A DNA stretch of 64,000 bases from a virus (IMGVR_UViG_3300033073_001332:32001-96000), one strand, 5' to 3'. Shown: positions 36,369 to 46,878, counted from the stretch's first letter. Notes: generated by a model not told the origin, from the sequence alone. Program-made: numbers and translations.

Positions 36369-37904
36369 ATGAGTTTAGAAAAAAACGAAAATTTAGTAGA
36401 GAAAGCTTTATTACAAATGAAGTCTATCGAGGAAGCTATAAGCGAAAATGCAAAAGGAATACTTGCTTCTACAATGAAGGAAGAAATCAGTGAACTAGTA
36501 AAAGAGTCATTATTTGGCTCAAAATCTAAAACATCTTTACACGAACAAGAAGAAGAAGGTTCTGAGGTCGAAATCGACACAGACGACGAAACAAACGATG
36601 GTGTAGAGGTAGACGACGCAGAAATTGAAGTGTCCCCTGAAGGAGATGAAGACATCTCTATGATGATGGGCATTGAAGGACCTGCCGATAACGAAGACGA
36701 ATTACCTCCTCTCGATATGACAGGTGCAAAACCTGACGAAGTGTTGAAAGTATTTAAGGCTATGGGTGATGAAGATGGGATTATTGTTGTTAAAGACGGT
36801 AATAACATTCACTTAACTGATAATAACACAGACACTGAATATTTTATCGATTTAGGTGACGATTCAGATATATCTATGGATGAACCTATGGAAGATATGA
36901 ATGAGAGTGTAATTTATGAATTAGTCTTCGAAGAAAAAGAAGGTGACGAAGAAATGGATGAATCATATGAAGATATGGACGAATCTTATGACGAAATGGA
37001 TGAATCATATGAAGATATGGACGAATCTTATGACGAAATGGATGAATCATATGAAGATATGGATGAGACTATTTATGAGTTGGAAGTTAACGAAACTATG
37101 AAACCTAAAGGTATGGGATTCGGAAAAATGAAGAATGGTTTACCTAAATCATCAGTTAATAACAAAGGGTTTGATGAAGATATGAAAGACGGGACAAAAT
37201 CTGAGAAAAAAGGTAAAGGTCCTAAATTTTCTTTCGGTAAAATCAAACATGGAGTTACTGAATCTGAAATGGACGAAGAGTTCATGGAAGGATGGATGGA
37301 TGAAGAAATGGTTGACGATTACAAAATGGAATCTGATTACATGGAAGGTGACTACATGGAAGGTGACTACATGGAAGGTGACTACATGGAGTCTGAACAC
37401 ATGGATGACAATACAGGTGAAACTACAGAAGCTTCAAGAACTATGACTTATAAAAGAAGAGCAGAAAGAGACAGAGTTGCGGCACCAAGTCAATTAAGAA
37501 AAGAATCATACAACAAAGAATTAAGTTTATTAAAAGAAAAGAACGAAGAGTACAAAAAGGCTTTAGACTTTTTCAGAAATAAATTAAATGAAGTTGCAGT
37601 ATTCAATTCTAATTTGGCATATTCTACAAGATTGTTCACTGAACACTCAACAACAAAACAAGAAAAAATAAACATACTTAGAAGATTTGATAACGTTGAG
37701 TCTATCAAAGAATCTAAATCTCTTTACAAGACAATTAAATCTGAACTTGATGGTAACAAATCAACTGACGTTGTTACGGAATCCATCCAAAGACAAGTTG
37801 TTAAAACACCTTCAAATGGTTCAGCATCTAATTTGATTGAAAGTAAAACTTATGAAAATCCTCAATTCTTAAGAATGAGAGATTTGATGTCAAAAATTAA
37901 ATAA
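36369..37904 (+). CDS. Prohead scaffold/core protein (T4 gp22 positional equivalent)
   Basis: Very acidic, coiled-coil C-terminus, located between protease and major capsid gene. Confidence 0.8.
   Translation: MSLEKNENLVEKALLQMKSIEEAISENAKGILASTMKEEISELVKESLFGSKSKTSLHEQEEEGSEVEIDTDDETNDGVEVDDAEIEVSPEGDEDISMMMGIEGPADNEDELPPLDMTGAKPDEVLKVFKAMGDEDGIIVVKDGNNIHLTDNNTDTEYFIDLGDDSDISMDEPMEDMNESVIYELVFEEKEGDEEMDESYEDMDESYDEMDESYEDMDESYDEMDESYEDMDETIYELEVNETMKPKGMGFGKMKNGLPKSSVNNKGFDEDMKDGTKSEKKGKGPKFSFGKIKHGVTESEMDEEFMEGWMDEEMVDDYKMESDYMEGDYMEGDYMEGDYMESEHMDDNTGETTEASRTMTYKRRAERDRVAAPSQLRKESYNKELSLLKEKNEEYKKALDFFRNKLNEVAVFNSNLAYSTRLFTEHSTTKQEKINILRRFDNVESIKESKSLYKTIKSELDGNKSTDVVTESIQRQVVKTPSNGSASNLIESKTYENPQFLRMRDLMSKIK
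36951..37063 (+). repeat. 42-bp exact tandem repeat (2.7 copies; EMDESYEDMDESYD)
   Basis: gaaatggatgaatcatatgaagatatggacgaatcttatgac at 36951 and 36993, partial at 37035. Confidence 0.9.
37338..37390 (+). repeat. 15-bp exact tandem repeat (3.5 copies; YMEGD)
   Basis: tacatggaaggtgac x3 followed by tacatgga. Confidence 0.9.
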
Positions 37905-37937
37905 ACAAATAAATAAACTCAAATTAAAAAAAATAAA

Positions 37938-39776
37938 ATGGGAGCATTATTAGAATCAGGTCTTGTTGGTAACATTGGTTTGAAACACCTTAAAGTTATC
38001 AAAGAAGATACAATTAACAAATGGGATAAATTAGGATTCCTAGATGGTCTTAAAGGACACATTAAAGAGAACATGGCTCAATTATATGAGAACCAAGCAT
38101 CTCACCTTATTAACGAAGCAGCGTCTACAGATAGCTCAGGTTCTTTCGAAACTGTAGTTTTCCCTATCGTAAGACGTGTATTCTCTAAATTGTTGGCTAA
38201 TGATTTAGTATCTGTACAGGCTATGAACTTACCAATCGGTAAATTGTTCTACTTTGTACCTAAGATTCAAAATTACAACACTGCAACTGCATATGACAAT
38301 CCTCACTTTGCACCAATCGGAGCACAAAACGGACCAACACCTGCAGAATCACAAGCGGCATATCCAGCATCATCTAAAAACCTTTATGATAGATTTTATG
38401 AAGGTACTGAGCCGGATTTAGACCCAGCAGGTTTGTGGGATTATTCTAAAGGTGCTTACACAGCTATCACTAAAGCGGCTGTTACTTATGTATGGTCAAG
38501 TGGACAATTAGTTGAAGGTGCTTACACTACAACTAATGGTGGTACTGTTAACGGAGCTACTACAGGTGGTCCTGTTCACAGAAAAGTAATTATCGCTCTT
38601 TCTGGTTTCACATCAGGTGGTGCTGGTAAATTAATCGGACCTGATGGTCAAGTTATGGATAACGAAGCATTCTTATCTGACTTACAAGTTAAGGCTTATG
38701 CTAACACTGTAGCTCAAGCGGCGTTCTCAGGTTTAGGTGTAAATACACCATTACTTTTCAGAGTTGTTACTCAAAAATATGGTAAAGGTATTGTTCAATA
38801 TGGTACTCAAACGACTACTACATGGCCAGGTACTGGTAACGGTGGTTCTTATGATAACCTTTGTGACGCAGCTGGTATCATCTACTTAGAAGTTGATACT
38901 CAAGTTCCTGCAGCAATCGGAGCAGCATCTTTAGATGGTTACTCAGGATTTACTTTAGGTGCTTCTGCAACACAAACTGACGGACAATTCTACTGTACTT
39001 ACAGAATCTACCAAGAATTGGAATTCGAAGACAGAATTGGTGAAGTTTCTTTTGACCTTGAGTCAGTTACTGTATCTGTTACAGAAAGAAAACTAAGAGC
39101 ACAATGGTCTCCTGAATTAGCTCAAGACGTTGCGGCGTTCCATAACATCGATGCTGAGGCTGAGTTAACTGCATTGTTATCTGAGCAAGTAGCTGCTGAG
39201 ATTGACCGTGAAATTTTACGTGACTTACGTAAAGGAGCGGCTTGGAATTTACGTTGGGATTACAACGGATGGAGAAGAATCAACGCAACTACTGCGTATA
39301 CACAAAAAGACTGGAACCAAACATTGATTACTGCTATCAACCAATTGTCAGCACAAATCCACAAGTCAACACTTCGTGGTGGAGCTAACTGGATTGTTGT
39401 ATCTTCTGAGGTTTCTGCGATTTTTGATGATTTAGAATACTTCCACGTATCTAACGCGTCTCCTGAGCAAGACCAATACAACATGGGTATTGAAAGAGTT
39501 GGTACATTAGCTGGTCGTTACCAAGTTTACCGTGACCCTTATTTCCCACCAAACACAGTATTGTTGGGTCACAAAGGTACGTCATTGTTAGACACTGGTT
39601 ACGTTTACGCACCATATGTTCCTCTACAATTAACACCTACAATGTATAACCCATTCAACTTTACACCAATCAAAGGTATCATGACAAGATACGCTAAGAA
39701 AATGGTTAACAACCGTTTCTATGGTAAAATCACAGTTGATGGAGTTAGAACATTTGACTTAAGAGAATTGAGATAA
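37938..39776 (+). CDS. gp23: Major capsid protein (T4 gp23-like)
   Basis: VSVQAMNLPIG, RKLRAQWSPELAQD, DAEAELTALLSEQVAAEIDREI, YAPYVPL, GIMTRY. Confidence 0.96.
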   Translation: MGALLESGLVGNIGLKHLKVIKEDTINKWDKLGFLDGLKGHIKENMAQLYENQASHLINEAASTDSSGSFETVVFPIVRRVFSKLLANDLVSVQAMNLPIGKLFYFVPKIQNYNTATAYDNPHFAPIGAQNGPTPAESQAAYPASSKNLYDRFYEGTEPDLDPAGLWDYSKGAYTAITKAAVTYVWSSGQLVEGAYTTTNGGTVNGATTGGPVHRKVIIALSGFTSGGAGKLIGPDGQVMDNEAFLSDLQVKAYANTVAQAAFSGLGVNTPLLFRVVTQKYGKGIVQYGTQTTTTWPGTGNGGSYDNLCDAAGIIYLEVDTQVPAAIGAASLDGYSGFTLGASATQTDGQFYCTYRIYQELEFEDRIGEVSFDLESVTVSVTERKLRAQWSPELAQDVAAFHNIDAEAELTALLSEQVAAEIDREILRDLRKGAAWNLRWDYNGWRRINATTAYTQKDWNQTLITAINQLSAQIHKSTLRGGANWIVVSSEVSAIFDDLEYFHVSNASPEQDQYNMGIERVGTLAGRYQVYRDPYFPPNTVLLGHKGTSLLDTGYVYAPYVPLQLTPTMYNPFNFTPIKGIMTRYAKKMVNNRFYGKITVDGVRTFDLRELR

Positions 39777-39794
39777 TCAATTAAATTGAATAAG

Positions 39795-39825
39795 AAAAAG
39801 GTCGGTTTATCCGACCTTTTTTTTT
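39795..39825 (+). terminator. Intrinsic terminator after major capsid gene
   Basis: aaaaaggtcgg-tttat-ccgacc followed by a T run. Confidence 0.9.
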
Positions 39826-39844
39826 GTCTAAGATATTTATTAAT

Positions 39845-40783
39845 ATGAAAAGAAAAATAAATGAGGCTACAGTAACAGGTGGTTCTAGAGGTTCATACAT
39901 CGCCCCATTATTACCTGGTGAAAGATATTTTAAAAAAAATATATTAGCTCCGTTTACAATACAAGATTCAAAGTATAAAAGCCCTGATTTGCAATATGAT
40001 TCATATGACGGTAAAATGGAAAGAAGTAAAAAACAAATAGGTAAAGAAGAAAAGATAGCTAATAAAATATATAATTTTATTAAGTATCATCCTGATGCCA
40101 CTTATAGTGACACTGAGGGTAATCCTATAAATCAGTATCCTGGTAAAAACAAAAATATTGTTCCAATTAAAGAATGGGTAGAATTAGATAGTATTAATTT
40201 GAACGAGACATCAACTTCAACAAGTGCTGGTATATATAATGGACCTGTTGCTATCGGTTTAAAAAAATGGAAAAAAAATGAATTAGACCCATATACTGAA
40301 TTTGTCGACACCACATTTAATCATAGTAAAAAACAAAAAACACTTAAAAACAATAAAAAAGGGTATGTTGGTCATTGGGAACCTAATAAAGATGGTTCTT
40401 ATAGATTAGACAATCATGAAGCGTATGCAATAAATGAAGATTTGGCGGTTTGGTTTGGAAAAAAGAAAAAACCAAAGGGGTCAAAACAACCAAAAGGGCC
40501 ATGGGTGAACATATGTAGAAAAGTGGATGGAAAACATCCACCTTGTGGTAGACCTGACACTTCTAAAGGTGCATATCCTAAATGTAGGGCTGCAGGTGTT
40601 GCTGGTAAAATGAGTGATTCTGCTAAAAGAGCTGCGTGTGCACAAAAAAGAAAGGCTGAAAAAAATGACCCACAATCGGGTAAAGGTCAAAAACCTGTGA
40701 TGACTTCATACAAACCAAAAAAGAAAAGGACCCAAAATGAGTCCTTAGAAAAAATTATTAGAAATATATTAAGTTCACTTTAA
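39845..40783 (+). CDS. Basic protein with WF...W...CGR...YPKC domain (DUF5872-like), putative internal head/DNA-binding protein
   Basis: ATG 39845 follows TATTTATT; EDLAVWFG...WVNICR...CGRP...YPKCR; several I/L-N-E motifs. Confidence 0.6.
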   Translation: MKRKINEATVTGGSRGSYIAPLLPGERYFKKNILAPFTIQDSKYKSPDLQYDSYDGKMERSKKQIGKEEKIANKIYNFIKYHPDATYSDTEGNPINQYPGKNKNIVPIKEWVELDSINLNETSTSTSAGIYNGPVAIGLKKWKKNELDPYTEFVDTTFNHSKKQKTLKNNKKGYVGHWEPNKDGSYRLDNHEAYAINEDLAVWFGKKKKPKGSKQPKGPWVNICRKVDGKHPPCGRPDTSKGAYPKCRAAGVAGKMSDSAKRAACAQKRKAEKNDPQSGKGQKPVMTSYKPKKKRTQNESLEKIIRNILSSL

Positions 40784-41247
40784 CAATAAGTTCCTGAACA
40801 TCTTTTTTTACCATCTAATCCTGGCATTCGACCTTTACATACTTGGACTGCATAACCATTGGCGTATGCACTTGGGTAAACATCGAACTTAGATTTAGCA
40901 GCCGCTTTACCACGAGCACATAATTTAGTACCTGTTTTCTTACGACCTTCAGACATAACCATATCTTTATCGTCTATGTTCATAGAAAGTTCCATACCAT
41001 CTCTTTTTGATTCATTCATTATAAAATCAAATACTTGGTCCATATTATTTTTTGCTTCAGCAATGTGGTCTTGAGCCCAATCATGACCATTATCTAAAAT
41101 ACCCTCTACCATTGATTGGTCTAAGTCTAATAACAAATCACATTGTCTTCTCATTTGTTCTAAATTAGAAAAGAACATATATCTATTAGACCTCATATCG
41201 TGGTCTTCTTTCAACACTTTTTTAATGATTGAATCTAAATTTTTCAT
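40780..41247 (-). CDS. Hypothetical protein with YPSAYANG motif
   Basis: CARGKAAAKSKFDVYPSAYANGYAVQVCKG; also WAQDHIAEAK motif. Confidence 0.65.
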   Translation of the reverse strand: MKNLDSIIKKVLKEDHDMRSNRYMFFSNLEQMRRQCDLLLDLDQSMVEGILDNGHDWAQDHIAEAKNNMDQVFDFIMNESKRDGMELSMNIDDKDMVMSEGRKKTGTKLCARGKAAAKSKFDVYPSAYANGYAVQVCKGRMPGLDGKKRCSGTYC

Positions 41248-41249
41248 AA

Positions 41250-42728
41250 TTATTTTTTATTAACGATTTGGAACTGAAGTTCCCTTTTATAAGTATCTAC
41301 ATTTCTATCTGAAACGACCTTTAAATCAATGAAATATTCATTTGGTATTTTGTCTGTGGTATCAAATATAAAATAGTATGAATCAGGTGTTTTATTTATC
41401 CTTGTCCAATCTTGAACTTGAACTTCGGTATTACCACCTTCTTTAACGTATACTCTATAATACGCCTCAATATTATTTAATACTTTATTTGGTGAATATG
41501 CTTGTTTTATTGTGACGTCAACTTTTCTTATGTCGGTATTTAAAATCTGTTCATTTTGTTTTATACCCCCAAAAGAAAACCCGTATATCTTAGGTGTGTT
41601 TGTTGTTGAACCGATAGTATAATTTCCATTTTTAGCTAACATTACAAATTCATTTTGTACGTTTGCAATAGATGTTGAACCAATTGATAATCCTTTCCAT
41701 AAATCATAATACAAACATGGAATGGTTGTTCCCGTCAATCCACTAACAACCACTTTATATACCCCTTTTGTGACCTGACACGTTGTTAAACCTGTGAAGC
41801 CTTGTATTGGGGTTTCATTACTATCTAAAATGTCTACAGTGGGGTTAGAATTCAAATTAACCGCATTACCATTCTCATAAACATATAGGTATAAGTTATT
41901 TACGTTTCCAGCATAAAAAGAATTTCTATCATCATCGATAAAATCATTATAGTTTGTTTCTAAAAATGGTTCATAGAATGTTTGTGTATGTGGGGAAAAG
42001 AACCCAACCGAATAATTTTCAGTTAGACCTGAAATATTCTCAACTGACGGAAGATAAGAAATAATCCATCCTGCTGGTGCCGGTGTATTTCCTGTTAATA
42101 TTGAATTAATTTCGTTAGTCATATCAAACTCAATATCTTCATTACCGAATTCAAAATGTTGTGTGTCGATAACCGTAAGTGCTGAGTAATTTAATCCTGT
42201 TAAACCTGTTAAGGAATTTGTGTTGTTGTAGATACCAGGAGTTGACCAACCTGATATAGTTGTTGCTTGAAACCAATTCGATGGTCTATTAGAAAATGAC
42301 CTATCATTGAAGTTTGTTACACCAAAGTCATAATAGTCATACCCAACACCACTATCCCAACTTTGAGTGGTTCCTGTTGAACCTGAATATCTTGGTATTC
42401 TTAATAATTGTAAATCAAAAGATGTTGCTCTTCTTCTACCTTGACTTGTTTTATCATTCAATAATTCGTTATCAAAAAATGAAGTGTTTGTCATCCTTAA
42501 AGTATGTGTTGGGTTAACACTGCAACCCGTTACAATTACTTTATTATTATAGTTTGCAGTTAACCCCGATAAATCAATATTAAAAATATATCTACTAAAT
42601 CCTGTAGGGTTTGCAGAATTACTTAAGTTACCATAAAATAACTCAACAATTGGGTTTCTACCCGTATTAGTATATGAGTTAAATAATATTGTATTTGACT
42701 TACTGAAATAAGACCTATAAATTGACAT
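41250..42728 (-). CDS. Putative virion structural protein rich in [ST]G-x-[ST]
   Basis: 492 aa, beta-rich N/T/S/G composition; late motif at 42741-42748. Confidence 0.65.
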   Translation of the reverse strand: MSIYRSYFSKSNTILFNSYTNTGRNPIVELFYGNLSNSANPTGFSRYIFNIDLSGLTANYNNKVIVTGCSVNPTHTLRMTNTSFFDNELLNDKTSQGRRRATSFDLQLLRIPRYSGSTGTTQSWDSGVGYDYYDFGVTNFNDRSFSNRPSNWFQATTISGWSTPGIYNNTNSLTGLTGLNYSALTVIDTQHFEFGNEDIEFDMTNEINSILTGNTPAPAGWIISYLPSVENISGLTENYSVGFFSPHTQTFYEPFLETNYNDFIDDDRNSFYAGNVNNLYLYVYENGNAVNLNSNPTVDILDSNETPIQGFTGLTTCQVTKGVYKVVVSGLTGTTIPCLYYDLWKGLSIGSTSIANVQNEFVMLAKNGNYTIGSTTNTPKIYGFSFGGIKQNEQILNTDIRKVDVTIKQAYSPNKVLNNIEAYYRVYVKEGGNTEVQVQDWTRINKTPDSYYFIFDTTDKIPNEYFIDLKVVSDRNVDTYKRELQFQIVNKK

Positions 42729-42749
42729 GTTTGTTTTATCTATAAATAC

Positions 42750-44318
42750 TTAGTTAAGTCGAATATTACTATTCAAAACTTTTTGATAAGCATTTAACAT
42801 ATTTGATAATAAATCATCGACCGTAGTTCCGTCAACCGTAGTTGGTGTTGGAGGTAATCCTGGATATGGGTGAACGTGAGTTATACAAAATTTAACAATT
42901 AGTTGGAGTAGTTCTAATAATTCCTCACCTCTAACCATTGATGATGTATTTGGTTCTATGTCATTTGTTATTCTATCTTGGTCGATACCATAGATTGAGT
43001 CATCAAAATTAATTCTTGTTTTACCAGGAATTTCACTTTCATTTGATAACAAATACAATTTAGTCCCACCTAAAAGTGCTACGGTGTTTTCAGAAAGGTT
43101 TGATGTTGATGGTGCGTATGCAGAACTTTGTAATTCAAATGGTATGTTTGGTGAAAGTTTACTATCTAACACTAACCCATAACCCGGTATTTTCTGAGAT
43201 GAGGATATTTTGACCATTGATGAAAGTTTAATCATATTAGCCGATGAGGTTAATTGATTTGTAACTGGTTTTGTAATTAGGTCAAATATTTTTTTGGAGG
43301 GTCTATAATAGAATGGGTATTGTTGATTTTTTTGTACGGTAGGTGAAAGTAATGCTGACGACGGGTCAGTTATAATACTTCTTAATCTTTGATTAATTTG
43401 TGTTGAAAGGTCATCTAAATTTAAACCTAATGGGAAATTAATCATTCTGATAAGTTGGACACCGTCAGTTGTTCCTGTTAAATCTAAATTTGTTGTAACA
43501 TTAAAATTACCTGTTAATGTTTTTTCAGCTTGCCTTTCAGTACGTAATTGGTAAATGTATAAAACCCCTGTGAATGCTGAAAATTGGTTTTCAGGATTTA
43601 AAACATCATATTCAACAAGGTATTTTATAGGTTTTTTATTCTGTACTAACTTTGTCCTACTTTCAGCATTACCAAAAGTAATATTTGTGTCATATTTTGA
43701 AAGTTGTAAAAAGGCTCTTTTACTATCTGCCTCAGGGATTTGTCCTGTTGAGAAATTTTTGTGTTTTCCTGCTCTTATTAAAACTTCTTTTTCTTTTACA
43801 ATAACGTCTGCAGAATCCCTACCATTTAATGAAATATCTACAGGTTCAGGAAATACCCCTTTATTTTTATTATTCTTGTAAGTGCCGTCTTGATTCTTGA
43901 TAGGAGGAATCTTTTTTGTGGAGTTCCCATAACCTGAATTCAATCTTGTTTGTGACGAAGATGAATCTTCAAATTTTATAGTTGTTGGAGATGAGAAGGT
44001 ACTAATCATGTAGAATTTATTTCTACCTGTTTTTGTATTTGTATTATAATAAAACAACATCACCTTTTCTCCTTTTTTTGGTACTTGATTTACAAAGTAA
44101 GGTAGAAGAGGTAGATAAATAAATGGGTCAACATCAGACCAAGGACCATTTTTATTTGGGTCTGTTGAATTTGCATCAAATTTTGAATTTGAATTTTGTA
44201 ACGCGGTGATATTCATAGTTTCAGGTTCAACCCTAACTCTACCCAACATAAGTGGGTCATCACTATCAATACAGGTCCCAAAAAATATTTGTTGTCCGTC
44301 TATATATTTTTCAGCCAT
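42750..44318 (-). CDS. Baseplate hub/central spike (gp5-like)
   Basis: N-terminal OB-fold signature DDPLMLGRVRV...PLLP...PKKGEKV; C-terminal HVHPYPG (HxH). Confidence 0.7.
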   Translation of the reverse strand: MAEKYIDGQQIFFGTCIDSDDPLMLGRVRVEPETMNITALQNSNSKFDANSTDPNKNGPWSDVDPFIYLPLLPYFVNQVPKKGEKVMLFYYNTNTKTGRNKFYMISTFSSPTTIKFEDSSSSQTRLNSGYGNSTKKIPPIKNQDGTYKNNKNKGVFPEPVDISLNGRDSADVIVKEKEVLIRAGKHKNFSTGQIPEADSKRAFLQLSKYDTNITFGNAESRTKLVQNKKPIKYLVEYDVLNPENQFSAFTGVLYIYQLRTERQAEKTLTGNFNVTTNLDLTGTTDGVQLIRMINFPLGLNLDDLSTQINQRLRSIITDPSSALLSPTVQKNQQYPFYYRPSKKIFDLITKPVTNQLTSSANMIKLSSMVKISSSQKIPGYGLVLDSKLSPNIPFELQSSAYAPSTSNLSENTVALLGGTKLYLLSNESEIPGKTRINFDDSIYGIDQDRITNDIEPNTSSMVRGEELLELLQLIVKFCITHVHPYPGLPPTPTTVDGTTVDDLLSNMLNAYQKVLNSNIRLN

Positions 44319-44511
44319 TTATTCTTTTTTTATATTCTTCGTATATTTTATTATATTCTTTTTCTGCCATATCCATGTGGTAGGTCAGTTTGATAATTAA
44401 TTCTTTTGTTTTCTCAAAATCGTCTTTCAAAAAATCCATTACATCTGCCAAACTTTTATTTGGTTTACTTTTGTAATTTGCTAGTATGTCTTTTATTTCT
44501 TCAGGTTCCAT
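44311..44511 (-). CDS. Small hypothetical coiled-coil protein
   Basis: 66-aa ORF tightly packed in the operon. Confidence 0.65.
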   Translation of the reverse strand: MEPEEIKDILANYKSKPNKSLADVMDFLKDDFEKTKELIIKLTYHMDMAEKEYNKIYEEYKKRING

Positions 44512-44512
44512 A

Positions 44513-46510
44513 TTAAAACGATTTTCCGTATCCTTTTGTTGGTTTAGTTATGCCAGGTCCTGCTAAACCTGGTACAACAACTTTTAATGGTGGTATATAA
44601 ACTTCAGTTTTACCATTTTCAGCTTGTTCTTTATTCATTCCATCAATAATACCCTTGAATGCGTTGTTCATAAAATTTGGACTACCGTCAGGTAAGTCAC
44701 CTGTAGGTAAACCTGATTTTTGAAGGTTTTCAACAACGTTTGCAAATGCTCTGGTATCTGAAACACCGCCAAGTAATTTAGAAGAAGCTAACGCAAATAA
44801 AGGTAATCCAAGATTAAGTTGACTTAATCCTAAATTCAATAGTTTCAATATTTCATCAATAACACTTTTACAATTTCTAAAATCAATGAATGCCTCACCT
44901 AATATTAGTAACGCGTAAAGTATTGATGAATACATTTGTAATTGTTTTGTTTTTGCTTCTTTTATAATGTCTTGTAATAATTGCTCAACTAATTTTTTAA
45001 TGTCTCTTTTAATTATCTTAAAAAGTTCTTCAACATAGATTGCAAAAATTCTTTGTATCATGTTAATGTTGAACTTTCTAAATGTTTTCATAAAATCATT
45101 CAAATTGTCATATGCACTATCTAAATTCTGTGACAAATTATTATTTAATGCTTTTACCATTATTAGAAACCCTAACATTACTTTAGGTGATAGTACCGTT
45201 CTATAAATTACTTTAGCCATTTGACTAATCACATTGAAATCGACATCTGCCTTTATATTCAAATCAATTCCAATTTTTGGTACTAAATTGGCAAAGTTGG
45301 GGTCTTGGGATAAATCATCAAGTGTGTTCTCTATAGTTGTTATTTTACCAGGTACACTATTCTCACTTATTACTTGGTCTAAAGAACTAAACATCCCTTG
45401 TGGATTAATTGGTAATTTTACGTCTCCACAAGATTCAAATTCCACCAAACCTGAAACAATATTATTTATATCGTTTTCAATCCCTCTTAACTCTTGGTTG
45501 GATATTTCAAAAAACGAATCGTCTATTAAATCTAAATCGTTAAGTTTTGCAGTTCCAGCCACATCAATTTTTTTGGTGGGGTCTGAACATATACCCATTA
45601 TTCTTTTAATTATTAAATCAAATTTTTTCTCTTCTCTTAATTTGTCGGTTGATAAACCTAAACTGAAATCAAAACCTCCAAAAAGTTGGTTTAACATTTC
45701 TGTATAAATTGTATCTAAACCTAAAATTTCTATACTACCATAATAATCTTCCAAGAAATCAACAACCGTAGTCGTACTATTAGGTTGTTGTGCTAAAACA
45801 ATTTTATAATAATCACCGAAGTTTGTAGGGTTATTAGAAGGGTAATTTTGAACATATTCAATATCAAATAATTGGTTACCTGATGCTCCAAAATACTTAC
45901 TACCATATTCTGTGTCGTAAGACTGACCTAAGTTCTGTAATCTATTGTATAATTCCCTATTCATACTATAAGGAACCGCACCAACAGATGTATTTTTAGT
46001 TTCGTAGTAATATTTGGCAACGTCATCGTTTGGAGAATATACAAGTCTTTTAAATAAATCGATTTGACTTACCTTAATGTATATTTCTTGACCTACTTTA
46101 TCTTGGTACGATTGTTCTTCCGAACAACCTAATGTAGATACTATTTCATCAACTAAAATTGATTTCACTTGTCCTTTTGTTGTTTCAGCTGCCTCTAAAA
46201 AAACTCTTCTAACTGAGTTAAGAGATTTGTTTTCTGAAGGTGGAAAAGTTTGTTTAAGTAAATCGAGTAGTTGTTCTAATTGATTTTTTATTTGACTCTT
46301 TATTTCATTTTTTTGACCACTTAAAAATTGCTTGGTTTTGTTTTCAATTTCACTAATTTGTTTTACTACATCACTTTTTTTATTATCGAGAGATGTTGTT
46401 GCCTTTTCTTTTTTGTCAAGCACTTTTGTTTTTTTAGTCTCTACTGTTGTTTTGTAGGCACTAACTTTACTTTTAGCTTTTTCGTAGTCGTTTTGAAGGT
46501 CAAGTCCCAT
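44513..46510 (-). CDS. Hypothetical protein (probably virion-associated)
   Basis: 665-aa ORF in the operon with the gp5-like gene. Confidence 0.7.
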   Translation of the reverse strand: MGLDLQNDYEKAKSKVSAYKTTVETKKTKVLDKKEKATTSLDNKKSDVVKQISEIENKTKQFLSGQKNEIKSQIKNQLEQLLDLLKQTFPPSENKSLNSVRRVFLEAAETTKGQVKSILVDEIVSTLGCSEEQSYQDKVGQEIYIKVSQIDLFKRLVYSPNDDVAKYYYETKNTSVGAVPYSMNRELYNRLQNLGQSYDTEYGSKYFGASGNQLFDIEYVQNYPSNNPTNFGDYYKIVLAQQPNSTTTVVDFLEDYYGSIEILGLDTIYTEMLNQLFGGFDFSLGLSTDKLREEKKFDLIIKRIMGICSDPTKKIDVAGTAKLNDLDLIDDSFFEISNQELRGIENDINNIVSGLVEFESCGDVKLPINPQGMFSSLDQVISENSVPGKITTIENTLDDLSQDPNFANLVPKIGIDLNIKADVDFNVISQMAKVIYRTVLSPKVMLGFLIMVKALNNNLSQNLDSAYDNLNDFMKTFRKFNINMIQRIFAIYVEELFKIIKRDIKKLVEQLLQDIIKEAKTKQLQMYSSILYALLILGEAFIDFRNCKSVIDEILKLLNLGLSQLNLGLPLFALASSKLLGGVSDTRAFANVVENLQKSGLPTGDLPDGSPNFMNNAFKGIIDGMNKEQAENGKTEVYIPPLKVVVPGLAGPGITKPTKGYGKSF

Positions 46511-46878
46511 TATAATTTATAATTTTCACCTTTGTTATTATCTACGTCTTTTTTGATTAAAGATTGTAAAGTATCTTCATCCATATCTGACAAACTAAAA
46601 GACTCCTCTTTATTGTTGTTAGATTTTTCCCATATGGTTGATTGTAATTTAGAGAGAGTTAACTTCTTTTCAATTGTGTCGTTAATTATTTTTTGCTGCT
46701 CTTTAATCACAGGACCTATTAAGGTCATGTCTTCAGGGTCTTTTAATAAAGCCAACATTTTGTTTTGGATTCTAATTGCAGTTGCTCTTTGTTCAACTAA
46801 CTCATTGTAGATTTCCTGCATAAGACCTAATACAGAATCTTTATTAAGATTAATTTCCTTTTTTCTTGTTCTATTCAT
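46510..46878 (-). CDS. Hypothetical coiled-coil protein
   Basis: 122 aa; TATTTATT 3 nt upstream. Confidence 0.7.
   Translation of the reverse strand: MNRTRKKEINLNKDSVLGLMQEIYNELVEQRATAIRIQNKMLALLKDPEDMTLIGPVIKEQQKIINDTIEKKLTLSKLQSTIWEKSNNNKEESFSLSDMDEDTLQSLIKKDVDNNKGENYKL

Noticed and set aside
29846-39776. Inteins, introns or homing endonucleases in terminase, portal or capsid genes
   Set aside because: ORFs are uninterrupted and of ordinary size; no LAGLIDADG, HNH or intein motifs were seen
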